64,000 nucleotides of DNA from Coriobacteriaceae bacterium (GCA_021203765.1 JAJQAN010000019.1:42822-106821); one strand, 5' to 3'; shown: positions 33,423-43,348, counted from the stretch's first letter. Numbers and translations: made by a program. The notes: generated by a model from the sequence alone, not told the origin.

Positions 33423-35321
33423 TTAGTTGGTGCCGGTGTTGTCGGTGGCACGCGTGCTGCCGCTCGTGTCCTCGCCGCCGGTTCCGAGGTAGACGGTGAT
33501 GGTCGCACCACGACTCGTGCTCGACCCGGCCTTGGGATCGGTGCGGATGACGACGCCTTCTTCTCCCACCTCATACTGCCAGTCGAGTTTGAACCCGGCG
33601 TTTTTCAGATCGGCCTTTGCCGCTGCCTTGGTCTCTCCGGTCACGTCGGGGACGGTGACCTTGTCGCTGCCCTGTGAGATCGTGAGCGTGATGTTGGAGC
33701 CCTCGTTGACCTCGGTTCCGGCCTTGACGCTCTGGTCGCAGACCTCTCCGACGCCGACGTTATCGGAATAACCCGAGGTGGTCTTGACGTTGAGGCCGAG
33801 ACCTTCGAGCGTCGAAACCGCCGATTCTTCGCTGTTGCCGATGACGCTCGGAACGCTGACGGCCTTGGCGCCCTGGCTGACGGTGTATTTGACCGTCGAG
33901 CCGGCGTCGACCTCGGTCAGGGCGGCCGGCGATTGGTCGCAGACCTGACCGGAACTGTACGTTCCGTTGTAGTCGCTCGACTTTTCGCCGGTGAGACCGA
34001 CCTCGGCCAGGGCGGCCTCCGCCTCAGATTCGGTCAGTCCCAAAAGGTTCGGGACATAGGCCTTGCCGGAGTTGCCTTTGCCGGAGGAGACGACCAGGTC
34101 GACAGAGGAGCCGGTTGCGATCGAGTCGTTGGCACCCGGGTCCTGGCTGATGACGCTGCCCTCTTCGACCGAATCGCTTTCCTGCTGGGTGACGGTTCCG
34201 ACCTTGAGTCCGGCGTTTTCGAGCGTCTTGGTTGCATCATCGAGGGTCTCGCCGGTGACGGACGGCACGACGACCTGCTGGGCGTTCGACGAGCATGCGG
34301 CGATCGAGACGCCGACGGCGATGGCCGCGATGACGACGACGAGTATGATGATGACGATGATCCGGTTGCGCCGACTCTTCTTTTTGTCCTTGTCGGCATC
34401 CTGCTTGTCATCGTCGTCGACCGGATCCATGACCGTCGTCTTCTCGTCGATGGTGGGGATGCCGTTGTTGGGCATGACGACCGTCGCGGCGGCGGGGGCC
34501 GGGGCGCCGGCGATGTAGGCGTCCAGGTCCTTCTTCATGTCGTTGGCGGTCTGGTAGCGGTCCTTCGGATCTTTTTGCATCGCCTTTAAGATGATCGCCT
34601 CGAGGGCGGGATCGATATCGGGGTTGATCTCCCGCGGCGGGACCGGCATCTCGTTGACCTGCTTGGTTGCCACCGAGACGGCATCCGGGCCGTCGAAGGG
34701 AAGCTGCCCGGTGCTGGCCTCGTACATGACGACGCCGAGGGAGTACAGATCGCTCGTCGGCCCGAGCGGCTTGCCCTGCGCCTGTTCGGGACTAACGTAG
34801 TGTGCCGTCCCCAGAACGCAGGAACCTTCGGTCATGTTGGCGTTTCCGGCCACGGCGATGCCGAAGTCCATGACTTTGATGTTGCCGTCGGCCTGCACCA
34901 TGATGTTGGCGGACTTGATGTCGCGGTGGATGATGTCGTAGCCGTGGGCGAGGGAGAGGGCGGAACAGGCCTGCGAGGCGATCTCGGCGACCTTGCGGGG
35001 GTGGATCTTGCCGCGCTGTTCGATGGCGGTCTTCAGGTCGGTGCCGCGGACATATTCCATGACGATGTAGTACTCGTCGTTGTCCTGGCCCCAGTCGTAG
35101 ATGTTGACGATGTAGGGGTTTTGCAGGTTGGCCGCTGCCTGGGCCTCTTGACGGAAGCGCTCGGCGAAGGTCGGATCGCTTGCATACTGCGGCAGCATGA
35201 CCTTGATGGCGACGGTGCGCCCGAGGGTGGTGTCGGTGGCCTTGTACACGGAGGCCATGCCTCCCATACCGATCTTCTCGGTCACCTTGTAACGGTTTGC
35301 AAAAACACGTTGCTCGTTCAC
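33423..35321 (-). CDS. pknB: Ser/Thr protein kinase with extracellular PASTA repeats
   Basis: GTG 35321 lies 5 nt after GGGAG; an alternative GTG is at 35360. GMGGMASVYKA, VAIK, HRDIKSANIMV, DFGIA. One TM helix, then four PASTA-like repeats (VPSV.G....A...L...GL). Confidence 0.9.
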   Translation of the reverse strand: MNEQRVFANRYKVTEKIGMGGMASVYKATDTTLGRTVAIKVMLPQYASDPTFAERFRQEAQAAANLQNPYIVNIYDWGQDNDEYYIVMEYVRGTDLKTAIEQRGKIHPRKVAEIASQACSALSLAHGYDIIHRDIKSANIMVQADGNIKVMDFGIAVAGNANMTEGSCVLGTAHYVSPEQAQGKPLGPTSDLYSLGVVMYEASTGQLPFDGPDAVSVATKQVNEMPVPPREINPDIDPALEAIILKAMQKDPKDRYQTANDMKKDLDAYIAGAPAPAAATVVMPNNGIPTIDEKTTVMDPVDDDDKQDADKDKKKSRRNRIIVIIILVVVIAAIAVGVSIAACSSNAQQVVVPSVTGETLDDATKTLENAGLKVGTVTQQESDSVEEGSVISQDPGANDSIATGSSVDLVVSSGKGNSGKAYVPNLLGLTESEAEAALAEVGLTGEKSSDYNGTYSSGQVCDQSPAALTEVDAGSTVKYTVSQGAKAVSVPSVIGNSEESAVSTLEGLGLNVKTTSGYSDNVGVGEVCDQSVKAGTEVNEGSNITLTISQGSDKVTVPDVTGETKAAAKADLKNAGFKLDWQYEVGEEGVVIRTDPKAGSSTSRGATITVYLGTGGEDTSGSTRATDNTGTN

Positions 35322-35445
35322 GTTCACTCCCGTCAGATGGGTGCGCGCCTTAGGCAGCACACCGTGCCTATTCTAAACAAAAAACCTCAGCCCGCTTGCG
35401 GCAACAGCGCCTTTTGAAAAATATTCCAAGTCTGCCGTGCATGCC

Positions 35446-38214
35446 CTACAGCGCTCCCAATGCTTCCAAAGCCGCTTCCAGGACGGCCCCCGCCTTGGGC
35501 GCGGCCACCTCTCCGCCGCTTCCGCCTTCTTCGATGACGATGGCGATGGTGACGCTCTTACCTCCTGCGGTGGCCGTCCCGATGAACCAGGCGTCGTCGG
35601 TCGGGTTGTCGGTTTCGGCCGTGCCGGTCTTGCCGATGACGTCGGCCCCGTAGATCTGCGCGCCGGTGCCGCTGCCGTTGGTGACGACGTTTTTGAGGAT
35701 GTCGCATTCCTCCTCGGCTGTTTCCTTCGAGATGGCCTGCCCGTAGATGGACGGCGAGGTCTTGGAGACGACGCTTCCCGAAGAGGAGAGGACCTGGTCG
35801 ATCAGATAGGGTTTCATGACGACGCCGCCGTTGCTTATGCCGGCCATGACGGCTGCCATCTGGGTGACGGTGACCTGCGGGCCGGAGGGGCTTGCATGGT
35901 CGCCGACCGGCTGGCCGTCGCCGGCCCACGCCGTCTCCCACTCGGTCATCTCGTCCGGGTTGGGCATGAGCGAGGTTGCGACCGAGAAGTCCTGGGCGAT
36001 CGTGTTGTTGATGCCGAAGGCCTCGGAATAGCGCACCAGGTTCTGCGCTCCCAACTCGTCGGCGATCTGGGCGAAGACCGTGTTCGAGGACACCGCCGTG
36101 GCCTCTTCGACCGTGATGGTGCCGTGCTTCGACTTGTTGTAGTTGGTGATGTCGGCACCGCCGATTTCAAGCGAAGAAGGCGATTGGAAGGTGCTTTCGG
36201 GCGTGACGGTGTTGGTGTCGAGCGCCGCGGCGAGCGTCACGCTCTTGAAGGTCGAACCCGGGGCGTACAGGGTCTGCGTCGCCCGGTTGAGCAAAGCTCC
36301 GTTTTCCGCGGTCGAGTCGCCGGACAAGACGTTTTCGACATCGTTGAGGTTGCAGGTCGGAGACGAGGCCTGTGCAAGGACCGCCCCGGTCTCGGTGTCG
36401 AGCACCGTGCAGGCGCCGGTAACCCCTGACAGGGCGCTTTCGGCGGCCTCCTGGATTTGAGAGTCGAGCGTCAGGACGACGTCATTGCAGTTGGTCTGCA
36501 CGCCGGCGTACGCGCGTATCGCATCGCCGAAGGTCTCGAAGTTCTCGGTGCCGATCAAGGTGTCGCTCATCGAGCTTTCGACCCCGGCGGCGCCGTATTG
36601 CTGGGAGAAGTATCCGACCGCCTGTGAGGCCAAAGACCCCTCGGGATAGACACGCTCGTAGGTCCCGTCGTCCTGCTTTTCGGATTCCGCCAACACGACG
36701 TTGTCGGAGGTGAGGATGGCACCGCGCTCCTCTTCGGCCTCCCGCTTGAGTGTGTGGTTGTTGCCGGGCATGTTCTGCAGCTCCTCGGCGCGGATGACCT
36801 GGACGTAGGTCAGGTTGGCGATGAGGATGGCGAAGAGTATGGCGAAGATCGTGATGAGGATCGTGAGGCGCCGGCCGAGCGCCGTGCGTCCCAAAACACC
36901 GCTGTCCTGCCCGCCGCCCGCCTGGATGCGCCCCGTCATCTCGGTCTCCAGACCGGTTCCCTCGTTGCCGGCGCAGAGCAGCAGGCCGACGATGATGAAG
37001 CTGGAGAGCAGAGAGGAACCGCCCTGGCTGATGAAGGGCAGGGTCACGCCGGTGAGCGGGATGAGCCCGGTGACCCCGCCGACGATGATGAAGGCCTGCA
37101 GGCAGATGGAGGTCGTCAGGCCGACGGCCGTGAAGGCGGCGACATCCGACTTCGCCCGCGCGGCGATGAGGAATCCACGCACCGCGAAGAGCATGAAGAG
37201 CAGGATGACGGCCGAGGCGCCCAAAAGCCCGGTCTCCTCGGCGATGGCGGAGAAGATGAAGTCGCTCGCGACCTCGGGGATGAGGGTCGGCTCACCGCGC
37301 CCGATGCCGCTTCCGAACAGGCCTCCGTCGGCCAGCGAATAGAGCGACTGGACGATCTGGTAGCCGTTGCCGTTCGCATCCGCAAACGGATCGAGCCAGA
37401 CGGAGACGCGGTCCTGGACATGGCTGAAGATGAAGTAGAGGCCGACGGCTCCGATGGCGACGAGGACGATGCCGATGAGGACGTAGAGCAGCCGCCCGGT
37501 GCAGACGTAGAGGATGACGAGGAAGATGCCGAAGAGGAGCAGGGCGCTGCCGAGGTCCTTTTCGAAGATGACGACGAGCAGTGCCAAGACCCACATGGCG
37601 ATGAGCGGTATGAGCGTGCGGAAGTCGGGGAGCTTGATGCCGACGCGGCTGCGCCGCATGACCGAGAGCAGCTCGCGGTTGTCCGCCATGTAGGCGGCCA
37701 GGAACAAGACGATGAAGATCTTGGCGAGCTCGCCCGGCTGAAATGACATGCCGAAGAGCGAGATCCAGATACGGGAGCCGTTGTATTCGGCGCCGATGAG
37801 CGGCAGCATCGGCAGGATCAGCAGGATGATGGCAATGAGCAGGCAGGTGTATTTATAGCGTCCCAGCTTTTCGATGGAGGGCACCAGGGCGATGACGAGG
37901 ACCAAGGCCGCGATACCGACGAAGAGCCAGATGATCTGCCGGTACGCGTTATCCGGATCAAGACGAAGGACGAAGCAGATGCCGATGCCGGAGAGCAGAA
38001 AGGCGATCGGGAGGACGGCCGGGTCGGCGTTGGGCGCGAACCGGCGAACGGCGATGTGCGCGATGAAGAAGGCCGCAATCAGTCCGATGGGGACGGCGAA
38101 GGACTGCACGGTGATCTGGGTGCCTTCGTTGACGAGCAGCATCGCGAACAGGAGCAGCAGGACCGGCGTCGCTGCCAGCAAAAGCCACATCTCTGTTGTC
38201 CGACGGTTCTGCAT
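35446..38214 (-). CDS. Fusion protein: SEDS family (RodA/FtsW) polymerase fused to a class B penicillin-binding protein transpeptidase
   Basis: Uninterrupted 922-aa ORF. Residues 1 to ~418 are polytopic SEDS (SFQPGELAKI, GSALLLFG, PEVASDFIFSAIAEETGLLG, PFISQGGSS). A linker follows, then a TM anchor (aa ~449-470). The PBP domain carries STFK, SSN and KTGT motifs. Confidence 0.9.
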   Translation of the reverse strand: MQNRRTTEMWLLLAATPVLLLLFAMLLVNEGTQITVQSFAVPIGLIAAFFIAHIAVRRFAPNADPAVLPIAFLLSGIGICFVLRLDPDNAYRQIIWLFVGIAALVLVIALVPSIEKLGRYKYTCLLIAIILLILPMLPLIGAEYNGSRIWISLFGMSFQPGELAKIFIVLFLAAYMADNRELLSVMRRSRVGIKLPDFRTLIPLIAMWVLALLVVIFEKDLGSALLLFGIFLVILYVCTGRLLYVLIGIVLVAIGAVGLYFIFSHVQDRVSVWLDPFADANGNGYQIVQSLYSLADGGLFGSGIGRGEPTLIPEVASDFIFSAIAEETGLLGASAVILLFMLFAVRGFLIAARAKSDVAAFTAVGLTTSICLQAFIIVGGVTGLIPLTGVTLPFISQGGSSLLSSFIIVGLLLCAGNEGTGLETEMTGRIQAGGGQDSGVLGRTALGRRLTILITIFAILFAILIANLTYVQVIRAEELQNMPGNNHTLKREAEEERGAILTSDNVVLAESEKQDDGTYERVYPEGSLASQAVGYFSQQYGAAGVESSMSDTLIGTENFETFGDAIRAYAGVQTNCNDVVLTLDSQIQEAAESALSGVTGACTVLDTETGAVLAQASSPTCNLNDVENVLSGDSTAENGALLNRATQTLYAPGSTFKSVTLAAALDTNTVTPESTFQSPSSLEIGGADITNYNKSKHGTITVEEATAVSSNTVFAQIADELGAQNLVRYSEAFGINNTIAQDFSVATSLMPNPDEMTEWETAWAGDGQPVGDHASPSGPQVTVTQMAAVMAGISNGGVVMKPYLIDQVLSSSGSVVSKTSPSIYGQAISKETAEEECDILKNVVTNGSGTGAQIYGADVIGKTGTAETDNPTDDAWFIGTATAGGKSVTIAIVIEEGGSGGEVAAPKAGAVLEAALEALGAL

Positions 38215-38238
38215 GAATCCCTGTTCCCTAACGCTCGT

Positions 38239-39429
38239 CTAACGTTGGTCTGTCTGCGCCGTTTCGTCTGTTGCAGGCTGTCCTGGCTGGGCGTCTTCCG
38301 TCGAAGGGGCGGAACCCGCATCTGCCGCAGCGGCAGGTTCGGCCAGCTGTTCCCGATATGACGCGAGCACGTTTTGCGCTTCTTCGAGGGAGTCGACCTG
38401 GATGCCCTCCTCCAAGCGCTGCGCGGTGGAGATGGGAAGCTGATCGACCGGGACATCGGTCTGTTCCTGCAGCCAAGACAGGCGGATGACGCCGGCGAAA
38501 TCGCCGGGAAGGCCTTGATAGATGGCGACCGTGCCGTCTTGGTCAATCAGATAATACGAGCTGCGGGCGTAGGCGTTGATGCCGAGAGCAGCGGCGACGA
38601 TCACGACGATGAGGGCGACCACGAAGATGATCGGTGCCTTGGGGACATGGTGCCGTCCTTCCGCCCGTTCCTTGGTCGCACGGGCTTCGGATGCGGAGAG
38701 CCGGTCGACAACGAGGGCCGTTATGTTGTCTGCCCCTCCCGCACTCAGCGCCTCCTGGATGAGATTGTCGCAGCAGGTTTCGGGATCCGGCTGTGCCAGG
38801 AGTATCGCTTCGATCTCCGGGTCGTCGACCATGCTGGTCAGACCGTCGGAGCAGAGCAGGAGTCGGTCGCCTTCGGCGATGTGGAGATTGTAGATGTCCG
38901 GCTCCATCTTCGGATCCGAACCAAGGGCACGCGTGATGACCGAACGCATCGGGTGTACACGCGCCTCCTCGCGGGTGATACTGCCCTGATCGACCATGTC
39001 GGCCACCAGCGAATGGTCACGGGTGAGCTGCTGGAGCTTGCCGTCGTGCAGGAGGTAGGCGCGTGAGTCGCCGACCTGGGCGATGGTGAGCTTGTCGTCG
39101 ACGATGGTGACCGCCGTCATGGTGCAGCCCATGCCGGGCTTGCCGGTGCCGTCCGAGGCGCCGCGGATGACGTCGCGGTTCGCTGCCTGGACCGCGCGGC
39201 CCAAGGTGCCGCCGTCGTTGATCTTGGAGCAGTTGGCGAGCATCGTGTTGACGGCGATTTCGCTGGCGACCTCGCCGGCCTCGTGTCCGCCCATGCCGTC
39301 TGCGACGACGAAGAGCGGGGGCTCGATGACGAAGTTGTCCTCGTTATGTTCGCGTACGCAGCCGACGTTCGTCCGGCAGGCATAGACGAGCGATTCTGTG
39401 CCGGGCGCTTTGTTCTTGCCGCGGTTCAT
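38239..39429 (-). CDS. pstP: PP2C-family Ser/Thr phosphatase, membrane anchored
   Basis: NEDNF...VADGMGGHEAGEVAS, LLLCSDGL, GGADNITALVV. One TM helix (IIFVVALIVVIVAAAL) and an extracytoplasmic C-terminal domain. ATGA overlap with fhaB. Confidence 0.9.
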   Translation of the reverse strand: MNRGKNKAPGTESLVYACRTNVGCVREHNEDNFVIEPPLFVVADGMGGHEAGEVASEIAVNTMLANCSKINDGGTLGRAVQAANRDVIRGASDGTGKPGMGCTMTAVTIVDDKLTIAQVGDSRAYLLHDGKLQQLTRDHSLVADMVDQGSITREEARVHPMRSVITRALGSDPKMEPDIYNLHIAEGDRLLLCSDGLTSMVDDPEIEAILLAQPDPETCCDNLIQEALSAGGADNITALVVDRLSASEARATKERAEGRHHVPKAPIIFVVALIVVIVAAALGINAYARSSYYLIDQDGTVAIYQGLPGDFAGVIRLSWLQEQTDVPVDQLPISTAQRLEEGIQVDSLEEAQNVLASYREQLAEPAAAADAGSAPSTEDAQPGQPATDETAQTDQR

Positions 39430-39839
39430 GAACGCCCGATTCTGATGTCAACGTTGCCGATCGTGACGATGTCGCCGGCCGAACACGTCGCCGTCTCGCG
39501 GACGTTATGACCGTTGAGCTTGGTTCCGTTGGTCGAATCGAGGTCCTCGACCATCAGGTTCGAACCCATCAGCAGGAAGCGGGCGTGGCGTCCCGAAACG
39601 AAGTCGGTCGGAATCAAGATGTCCGCTCCCGGGGCGCGACCGACGACGACCGGACCGTTGACCTGCAGCTTCAAACCGCGCAGCTCTTTAGGACCTTTGT
39701 CGACTGTCAGTGTCCAGGTTTCGGCTTTTCTGTTTTGTCCTCTGACGAGACCGACACCGGTCCGCATGACGGCGAAAAGGAACAGGTAGAGCAATACGAC
39801 GAGCAACAAGCGCCCTGCAAGAAGGATGAAATCAACCAC
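39426..39839 (-). CDS. fhaB: FHA-domain protein with N-terminal TM helix
   Basis: N-terminal hydrophobic helix. FHA core GRAPGADILIPTDFVSGRHARF...VEDLDSTNGTKLNG. Confidence 0.85.
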   Translation of the reverse strand: MVDFILLAGRLLLVVLLYLFLFAVMRTGVGLVRGQNRKAETWTLTVDKGPKELRGLKLQVNGPVVVGRAPGADILIPTDFVSGRHARFLLMGSNLMVEDLDSTNGTKLNGHNVRETATCSAGDIVTIGNVDIRIGRS

Positions 39840-39841
39840 GA

Positions 39842-40981
39842 CTAGTCCTCCTGGAAGAACAGGCGCGCGTTGCCGAGTGTGATGGTATCTCCGTTGTGGA
39901 TGTAGGTCTCTGAGATGATTTGCGAGTTGACTGCGGTGCCGTTCAAAGAGTCGAGGTCGGTGATGAGCCAGCCCTGTGCGGCGCGGGTGATGCGGGCGTG
40001 CTGCCGGGAGACGCTCGGGTTGGCGATGACGACGTCACAGGAGCGTTCGCGCCCGATGACGGCTTCGGCGGTTTCGATGGGATAGCTCATGTTCGAGTCG
40101 TAGTCGACCAGGGCTGCATGCGGAACGCGGGCGGGCGTCCCGCCCAAAAGCTGCGTTTTTGCAGCAGCTTCTTCTGTCTGGGGCGCTTCCTGCTGTTGGG
40201 CGGGCGCCGGCTGGGCGGGAGGAGTTTCCTGCGGCTGGCGTGCCGGCACGGATTGCGGGGCGCTGGCGGCTGCCGCTGCACCTGCTGCCGCGGCGGCGAC
40301 TGCGGCCTGCGAGACGGGCTGGGCAGGCTGTACAGGTGCAGGCTCGGGTGCCGCCGGTTGGGCAGGAGCGGGCGCCGGCTCGGCCGGCTCGGCGGGCTCG
40401 GGATTTTGTGGCTGTGCTTCGGCTTGGACGGGAGCGTCGGTCGGTTTGTAGGGCACGCTTTGCATGTCGGAGGGCACGAAGGGGTCGAAGGTGTCTTCCT
40501 GGTCCTTGGATGAGGCTGAGGGCGCTGCCTGGGCGGCGGGCTGCCCTTGCTGCGGGCCCTTTTCGAGCCCGTAATGTACGCGCTCCTCGCGGCGCAGGTC
40601 TTCGATGATATCGGCTGAAACGCTTTCGGCGATGATGTCGAAACGGCCTCGCTTGAGACCCTCATCGACCATGAAGCGTACCAGGGGAGGACAGTCGAAA
40701 ACGAGGCCGGATTGACTCGCCCGACCGGTCAGGTAGGTTTCGACCTCCCCGGCCAAGGTCGGATAGTAACCGCTCATACGTTGGTCGTCTTCGACGGAGA
40801 GCAGGACGGTATAGAGGGTCGGAGCGTATTCGACGCCGACGCCGATCATCTTTTCACGCTGCATTTCCTTGTCGGCGCGCTTTGCGAGCTTGACCGGTTC
40901 GATGCCGCCGCTACCGCCTCGACCGGATCCTCCCTCTATCATGTTCTCGGCCTTGCTTTCAAAACGTGAGAACACGCCCAT
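39842..40981 (-). CDS. fhaA: FhaA-type protein (DUF3662-like N-terminus, Pro/Ala/Gln-rich linker, C-terminal FHA domain)
   Basis: MGVFSRFESKAENMIEG N-terminus. FHA core IGRERSCDVVIANPSVSRQHARI...ITDLDSLNGTAVN. GAAGGAG upstream of the ATG. Confidence 0.85.
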   Translation of the reverse strand: MGVFSRFESKAENMIEGGSGRGGSGGIEPVKLAKRADKEMQREKMIGVGVEYAPTLYTVLLSVEDDQRMSGYYPTLAGEVETYLTGRASQSGLVFDCPPLVRFMVDEGLKRGRFDIIAESVSADIIEDLRREERVHYGLEKGPQQGQPAAQAAPSASSKDQEDTFDPFVPSDMQSVPYKPTDAPVQAEAQPQNPEPAEPAEPAPAPAQPAAPEPAPVQPAQPVSQAAVAAAAAGAAAAASAPQSVPARQPQETPPAQPAPAQQQEAPQTEEAAAKTQLLGGTPARVPHAALVDYDSNMSYPIETAEAVIGRERSCDVVIANPSVSRQHARITRAAQGWLITDLDSLNGTAVNSQIISETYIHNGDTITLGNARLFFQED

Positions 40982-40983
40982 GC

Positions 40984-42735
40984 TTAGTCTCCTTCTTCAC
41001 GGCTGGGGGCTCCCAGAACACAAATTATTATCATAATAATAGCGGCCAAAACGTCGTAAAGGACGCAGAAAAAACCAGGGTGTGTCCACATTCCCACAAG
41101 GGTCCATTGAGCGACGATTTGCGCGATGAGACTGAGTACAAAACCGGCGACGACGCCGACGATCGCCCAGGGCTGCGACTGGCGCGAGCAGAACAGCGAC
41201 ATGACGATGGCGCTCAGCAACCAGCCGGCTGCCAACACCCAAAATGCGGGGGATGTCAGCAAAAACTGCATGATGTCGCCGGAGTTTTGCACCGTCCCAA
41301 CGTCGAGTGAAAGGCCGTAAAAGACGACCGTCAGTTCATGCCCGATCCAATCGGTTCCGGAAAAGAGGGCCGGGAAGGTTATGAGAGCGGTCATGCTCAG
41401 CATGATGCCGATGATCGCGGCTCCGCAGACCCTTCTGAGCGGCAGGAAAAAGCCGGCGATGAGCGGCTGGAACGGCGTCATGTTGATGAGGGTGAGCGGC
41501 GATGCGATGAAGGAGGTGTTGACATCGGCGGTGCGGTGCCGTCCGAAGAAAAGCCACCAGATGACGGCCAGCACGACGATGATGATGCCGAGCGGGATGG
41601 GTATGGACGGGCCGATGACGAAGCCGACGCCGAGCAGTATGAGCGAAAACAGGGCCCCGATGCTCGGAACGATCGCGGCCACGACGGCTGCGACCAAGGC
41701 GATGACCATCGAAAGACCCGTCGTCGTCAGGTCGGAAGCGACGATGCCGACGGCGGCGATCCACCAGCAGAGGAGGGCGCCGAGGCAACGCCCCGCGATG
41801 CTGCGCGTGCGGGGAGTGAAGCGGTCCCACAGGCCGACGTGGGAATAGTCCTCCTCCTGGCGTTCTTCCTCCTCCCCGTCTCCTCCCGTCAGCTCACGCA
41901 GCTGCTGAGCGCCGAGTTGGGGGTCGCCGAGCAGCGGCAGCAGCTCGTCTAAGAACTCGAGAACCGTTTCGTAGCGGTCGTCACGGTCGGGGGACATGGC
42001 GCAGAGGAGCACGTCGTCGAGTTCCTCGTCCACGTCGTCGCGAAACGTCGAAGGCGGGTCGACCTTGAAGCGCGTTATCTTCATGAGCGAGCGGTCGACG
42101 GTGTCCGCCCAAAACGGATTCTCGCCGGTCAGGGACTCGTATATGACCATGGCGAGTGCGAACTCGTCGCAGCGTTGATCGAGGTCGAGCCCGCGGATCT
42201 GTTCGGGCGGCATATAGCCGATCGTGCCGCCACAGGCCGGCGCGAAGCCCTGTGCATCGGCAAGTTCCGATATGCCGAAATCACTTACCTTGATACTGCC
42301 GTTTTGGCCAATCATGACGTTGGCGGGCTTGATGTCCAGATGGAGCACCTGGTTTTCGTGGGCGAAGTCCAGCACCTCTCCGACGGTTTTGGCGACGTCG
42401 GCGACAATGTCGGTGCTGAGGACCTCGTCTCCCAGGGACTCGATGAGCTCTTCGAGGGTCGGGCCCTCCATTGCCTCCATGATGAGATAGGCCTCGTCGT
42501 CTGCGGAGGAAAAGTCGATGACGCTGACGACGTTGGGATGGTTGAGGAGAGCGGCGGTACGCGCTTCGGACAAGCCGGGGATCGTCCCGTCCTGTCCTCT
42601 GTCGGTAAGCGGCATCCGTTTGATGGCGACCCGGCGCTGCAGGTTCGTGTCCCAGCAGATGTCACATTGTCCGGTGGCGCCGGTGCCGACCGTTTCGATC
42701 GGGCGATACCGGTTGAGGATGAGTGGCTGCTGCAC
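40984..42735 (-). CDS. Ser/Thr protein kinase with a polytopic membrane C-terminal domain
   Basis: GTG 42735 lies 5 nt after AAAGGAG; the alternative TTG is at 42774. GTGATGQ, VAIKRM, HLDIKPANVMI, SDFGIS, GTIGYMPPE. The last ~280 aa hold about 8 hydrophobic segments. Confidence 0.85.
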   Translation of the reverse strand: MQQPLILNRYRPIETVGTGATGQCDICWDTNLQRRVAIKRMPLTDRGQDGTIPGLSEARTAALLNHPNVVSVIDFSSADDEAYLIMEAMEGPTLEELIESLGDEVLSTDIVADVAKTVGEVLDFAHENQVLHLDIKPANVMIGQNGSIKVSDFGISELADAQGFAPACGGTIGYMPPEQIRGLDLDQRCDEFALAMVIYESLTGENPFWADTVDRSLMKITRFKVDPPSTFRDDVDEELDDVLLCAMSPDRDDRYETVLEFLDELLPLLGDPQLGAQQLRELTGGDGEEEERQEEDYSHVGLWDRFTPRTRSIAGRCLGALLCWWIAAVGIVASDLTTTGLSMVIALVAAVVAAIVPSIGALFSLILLGVGFVIGPSIPIPLGIIIVVLAVIWWLFFGRHRTADVNTSFIASPLTLINMTPFQPLIAGFFLPLRRVCGAAIIGIMLSMTALITFPALFSGTDWIGHELTVVFYGLSLDVGTVQNSGDIMQFLLTSPAFWVLAAGWLLSAIVMSLFCSRQSQPWAIVGVVAGFVLSLIAQIVAQWTLVGMWTHPGFFCVLYDVLAAIIMIIICVLGAPSREEGD

Positions 42736-42868
42736 CCGAACTCCTTTTGCTTGCTGCGTTACGAGAGCATCCAAATGGCATTATAGTCCATATGCACGCC
42801 TTCCATGAGGCGGCGGGCACCGCAGGACCTATGATTTCGACAGCGCTTCTAACGCTGCCGCCGCAGCC

Positions 42869-43348
42869 TTATTCTGAAGGCAGATCGCGCCTCGTCGGAT
42901 GGCAGATCATCACCTGTTTCAGACGCTTTGAATAGTAGGCGAGATGAGCGCTGTCATAGCTCAGGCTGACGGCGCGGTGGAGCAGTATCTCGACGACCTC
43001 GCCCTGTGAGGAAAAGACCCCTCGATAGGCTGCGAGCAGATCGAGGAATTCCCGTGCTTCGCGGTCGATGGTTGCCTGGATATGCCTCGTTTGTGGCCGT
43101 TGCTCCAATGAGGGATTGCTCAGCACGATCTCCGCCTTCGTCTGACGGCAGATTTTGACGAATTCTCCGGCAGGGCGTTCGACATACTCGTGCTTCGCCG
43201 CAAACATGATCGTCTCTAGCATCTGACTGAAACTGCGAAACGGGCAGATTGGGTTGTGATAGAGATGCTGGCTATCCCGATAGACCTCTTTCGAGACGCT
43301 TACGTACAGGAGCGCCTTCGGGAATGCGCGTTCTGGCTTTCCGGCCAT
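42869..43348 (-). CDS. Hypothetical protein (159 aa)
   Basis: Strong SD GAAAGGAAGGA 6 nt upstream of ATG 43348. No recognisable family. The region looks lower in G+C than its flanks. Confidence 0.55.
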   Translation of the reverse strand: MAGKPERAFPKALLYVSVSKEVYRDSQHLYHNPICPFRSFSQMLETIMFAAKHEYVERPAGEFVKICRQTKAEIVLSNPSLEQRPQTRHIQATIDREAREFLDLLAAYRGVFSSQGEVVEILLHRAVSLSYDSAHLAYYSKRLKQVMICHPTRRDLPSE

